From the NCBI GenBank assembly GCA_945861975.1, contig CAMAXD010000001.1:1-61079 (forward strand): 61,079 nt of DNA, in the 5' to 3' direction. The stretch comes from Candidatus Kuenenia stuttgartensis. Its GTDB lineage: Bacteria > Planctomycetota > Planctomycetia > Planctomycetales > Planctomycetaceae. The notes under the pieces are model-generated. The model was not told the DNA's origin, searched no databases, and worked only from the letters and a program-made list of their open reading frames with translations. Shown piece by piece: positions 58,688 to 61,079 of this stretch (positions within the stretch are counted from its first letter, which is position 1; every line of letters begins with the position of its first letter). The position numbers and the translations under genes were made by a program.

Positions 58688-60964
58688 CTACTTCGGCTCT
58701 TTCAGGTCCTGACCCGGATCAGCCGCTTCCGACTCATGAGCTTGCGGAACAGGCGCCGAAATAGATATGGCTTCAGCACTTCCTGCTTCCGCCCGTTCAG
58801 GCAACAACGGTCTGTAGCGGTAGTAGACTTCCAGAGTCAGCGTCGCAAGACAAGTCGTCAATAATCTTCCACCGGCTCTGCTGTAGTCGTCACGATCACG
58901 CGGCGCCCAACTGCCTTTTTCGTCGCCCTCGACTCCCTGCCAGGCGATCAAGTCATCTCGCAATCGCCCGTTCCAGCGATCCCACTCGGCTCCACCCCAG
59001 TTCTTCATGACTTGCGTGGCAAAATAGTTGTAATAGAGATTGCTGTAAGGGCCACGCTTGTCAATTAGCGCAACGCCTGCGCGAAGGTCGTTGTCATCAC
59101 GATTCTTCCCGAGATACATACGGCTCAGTAAAGCCATGGAAGTCACCGAGATCGCATAGGACTTCTTCTCGATCTCGTATCCGTATCGCCCTTCTCCATC
59201 GACAGCGACACTGTCAAGGTAATAAGTCACGCCTTTCCATGTCACGTCCGGTACTTTAATGCCAGCCTTCTCTCCAGCCTTTAATGCCATCAACTGAATT
59301 GCCGTAGCAGATGTCGATCCCGGCTGCTGTGGATTGTACCGCCAGCCTCCTCCGCGAGGATCCTGCGAATTGACCAGAAACGTCACCGCACCTTCCGCAT
59401 AAGGCTTCAGCTTGCGATCTTTGGTCATTCCGTAGGCTTCGCACAAAGCCAGAGTCGCAGCCCCATGAACGTAGTAAGCGTAATTGGGGTCTTCATCGTC
59501 ATCGGCTTTGTTGATAACCCCTCGAAGGTCATATCCCGCTGGTGCAGTCACGCCAATGGATGTCAAAAACTCCAGACCTGCCAACACCGACTTACGATAT
59601 TGCCCGTCTTTGTGCGTCTGTCCGGCCGCAAGAAAGGGCAACAATGCGTAGGCTGTTCCGCCTATCGGATTATTAACTGTCCCAGGATTTCGACAGGGAC
59701 CCACATCAATAAAGTCCCATGTGCCGTTTGCTCGCTGTCTCGCCGCAAGCCACTCCAGAGCATGCCCCACCGCAGATTCGCTTGCAGCAGAACCGCCGTA
59801 TTTCTCCACCATCAGCTTCCGGCCTGCATCACTGCGATGATCAACGGCCGACGTAGTTGCTCCCTCGGCAATACTCGTCCCCGCAGCGATTGTTCCATCG
59901 GGCGTCTCCGGCAACTCTGTTTCAGCCATCTCCGTTTCAGCGACAGGCATTGGCTCCGGCATTGGCTCTGGCATTGGCTCTGGTTCCGGCTCTGGCTCCT
60001 CCACCATTTCTTCCGGAGGCTCTTCGATGGGCTGCTCAAGCTGTTTTCCCACTTCTTCAGCAGGCGGCTCGATCGGAAACGATTCTTCGACAGGCTCAAT
60101 CGTCTCAGAGAACCCGGCCACCAGCGGAGGCAGAGTCACTTCTTCCACGATCTCCAGCCTTGCCAGTGTCAATAGAAACATCACCAGCCCTGTCAATACA
60201 GTACTGATGGCCGCTGGCCGACGACTCCGTTTCAGTTCAAGTTTCACTTCCTCGGTCGTGGTTCGCAGCTTTGGCTTCAAATCGGATTTTCGGGCTCTGA
60301 CTCGGACTCGCTCAGCCTGCTCCAAAGTGACCAATCTAGCCCGCTCAATAATCTTTCGCAGCGATATTCGAGCACGTCGCTTCTTCGGAACACTCTTCCT
60401 CCCGGTCGGTGATTGCGATCCATCACCAGCGTTACGGCTTATCGCAGCAGGATCTTCTTCACTCTCTTCAGGGACGTTCGAAATTTGACTGGTCTGCGAA
60501 GGTGCTTCAACAATCGCCCCGGCAGCCGCAAGTCTCGCTGGCGGAGAGAAGAAGAGCGGCTTTTCACTCGGCTCTCCAGAATGGGCGTCAGCGACTGAAC
60601 TCGCATCCACTGGGGAAACCGCAGTGCTCACAGAAACCGCAGTGGTTGCCGAAGAGAAATGAGGACCAGCGCTAACGGCATCGCCACGCCCAGCATTTTG
60701 TGTCCAAACGATCTGCTGCTGAACGCCAATCGGTCCGGCTGGCGCACCAGTCGCGGCCTCTCGTTCAAGTTGCTGAGCAGACAAAGTGACCGCAGACGGA
60801 TTTCCTATGGCCTGCTCTGCCAGCGCAGAGAACTTTTGTGCAAGCGTCAAGTATTGCTGTGAGAGCGATGCATGATGAACAGAAGCAGCGACAGCCTCTT
60901 CCGTTCGAACTCGCAAAGCCGCAGCAAATTGCTCCGGAGTCTGACTCTTCGGCGGGTTGCTCAT
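58688..60964 (-). CDS. membrane-anchored protein with C-terminal prenyltransferase/squalene-oxidase-repeat (alpha/alpha-toroid) domain
   Basis: 758 aa: disordered N-terminus, one TM (AAISTVLTGLVMFLLTLA), an acidic Pro/Glu linker (EPEPEPMPEPMPEPMP), then ALEWLAARQRANGTWDF...QDPRGGGWRY...AIQLMALK, which are repeats typical of terpenoid-cyclase-like toroids. Confidence 0.8.
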   Translation of the reverse strand: MSNPPKSQTPEQFAAALRVRTEEAVAASVHHASLSQQYLTLAQKFSALAEQAIGNPSAVTLSAQQLEREAATGAPAGPIGVQQQIVWTQNAGRGDAVSAGPHFSSATTAVSVSTAVSPVDASSVADAHSGEPSEKPLFFSPPARLAAAGAIVEAPSQTSQISNVPEESEEDPAAISRNAGDGSQSPTGRKSVPKKRRARISLRKIIERARLVTLEQAERVRVRARKSDLKPKLRTTTEEVKLELKRSRRPAAISTVLTGLVMFLLTLARLEIVEEVTLPPLVAGFSETIEPVEESFPIEPPAEEVGKQLEQPIEEPPEEMVEEPEPEPEPMPEPMPEPMPVAETEMAETELPETPDGTIAAGTSIAEGATTSAVDHRSDAGRKLMVEKYGGSAASESAVGHALEWLAARQRANGTWDFIDVGPCRNPGTVNNPIGGTAYALLPFLAAGQTHKDGQYRKSVLAGLEFLTSIGVTAPAGYDLRGVINKADDDEDPNYAYYVHGAATLALCEAYGMTKDRKLKPYAEGAVTFLVNSQDPRGGGWRYNPQQPGSTSATAIQLMALKAGEKAGIKVPDVTWKGVTYYLDSVAVDGEGRYGYEIEKKSYAISVTSMALLSRMYLGKNRDDNDLRAGVALIDKRGPYSNLYYNYFATQVMKNWGGAEWDRWNGRLRDDLIAWQGVEGDEKGSWAPRDRDDYSRAGGRLLTTCLATLTLEVYYRYRPLLPERAEAGSAEAISISAPVPQAHESEAADPGQDLKEPK

Positions 60965-61079
60965 AAAGCACCGACAAACTTAACGGCGGCAGGACGTGAC
61001 ACACTACCACGGAAGCCACAGAGGCACACGGGTAGTAGTCAATCTACAACACTACTCACCCATACACAAATACACCCCC

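Overview
This 61-kb chromosomal segment looks planctomycetal. The evidence is a PVC-type CxxCH heme protein, 'DWPxW(R/G)G' PQQ-like beta-propeller proteins, a TadE/vWA/TadE trio, many Ser/Thr-kinase and two-component genes, and long intergenic spacers. This placement is inference from gene families, not a database match. I can support about 40 protein-coding genes, one tRNA-Leu(UAG), two decayed Ser/Thr kinase genes, two short tandem-repeat arrays and several intrinsic terminators. Housekeeping genes: argC, miaE, hpf-ptsN-HPr-ptsI (regulatory PTS), an RNase E/G homologue, ndk, carA, gluQ. Sensory block at about 11.4-23 kb: FHA-GAF-sigma54 activator, BLUF photoreceptor, hybrid histidine kinase, REC-PAS-GGDEF-EAL protein, kinase-PAS pseudogene. 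Other content: an MFP+RND efflux pair and a MarR plus two PQQ-propeller genes. I saw no CRISPR, transposase, integrase, rRNA or recognisable defence genes, and I did not find a convincing self-contained novel multi-gene system. The observations most worth follow-up are: (1) a 2046-aa secreted protein whose N-terminus resembles an inverse-autotransporter (intimin/invasin-type) beta-barrel, but whose passenger is parallel beta-helix repeats with Ca-binding loops and an embedded HEXXH...H motif; (2) a 13-bp unit present three times that frameshifts a Ser/Thr kinase-PAS gene; (3) a 15-copy heptanucleotide microsatellite upstream of an enolase-superfamily gene; (4) an uncharacterised GGCT / radical-SAM / halogenase-like flavoprotein operon; (5) an exported protein with 19 cysteines in about 85 residues. 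All family assignments come from reading motifs by eye. None has been verified by search.
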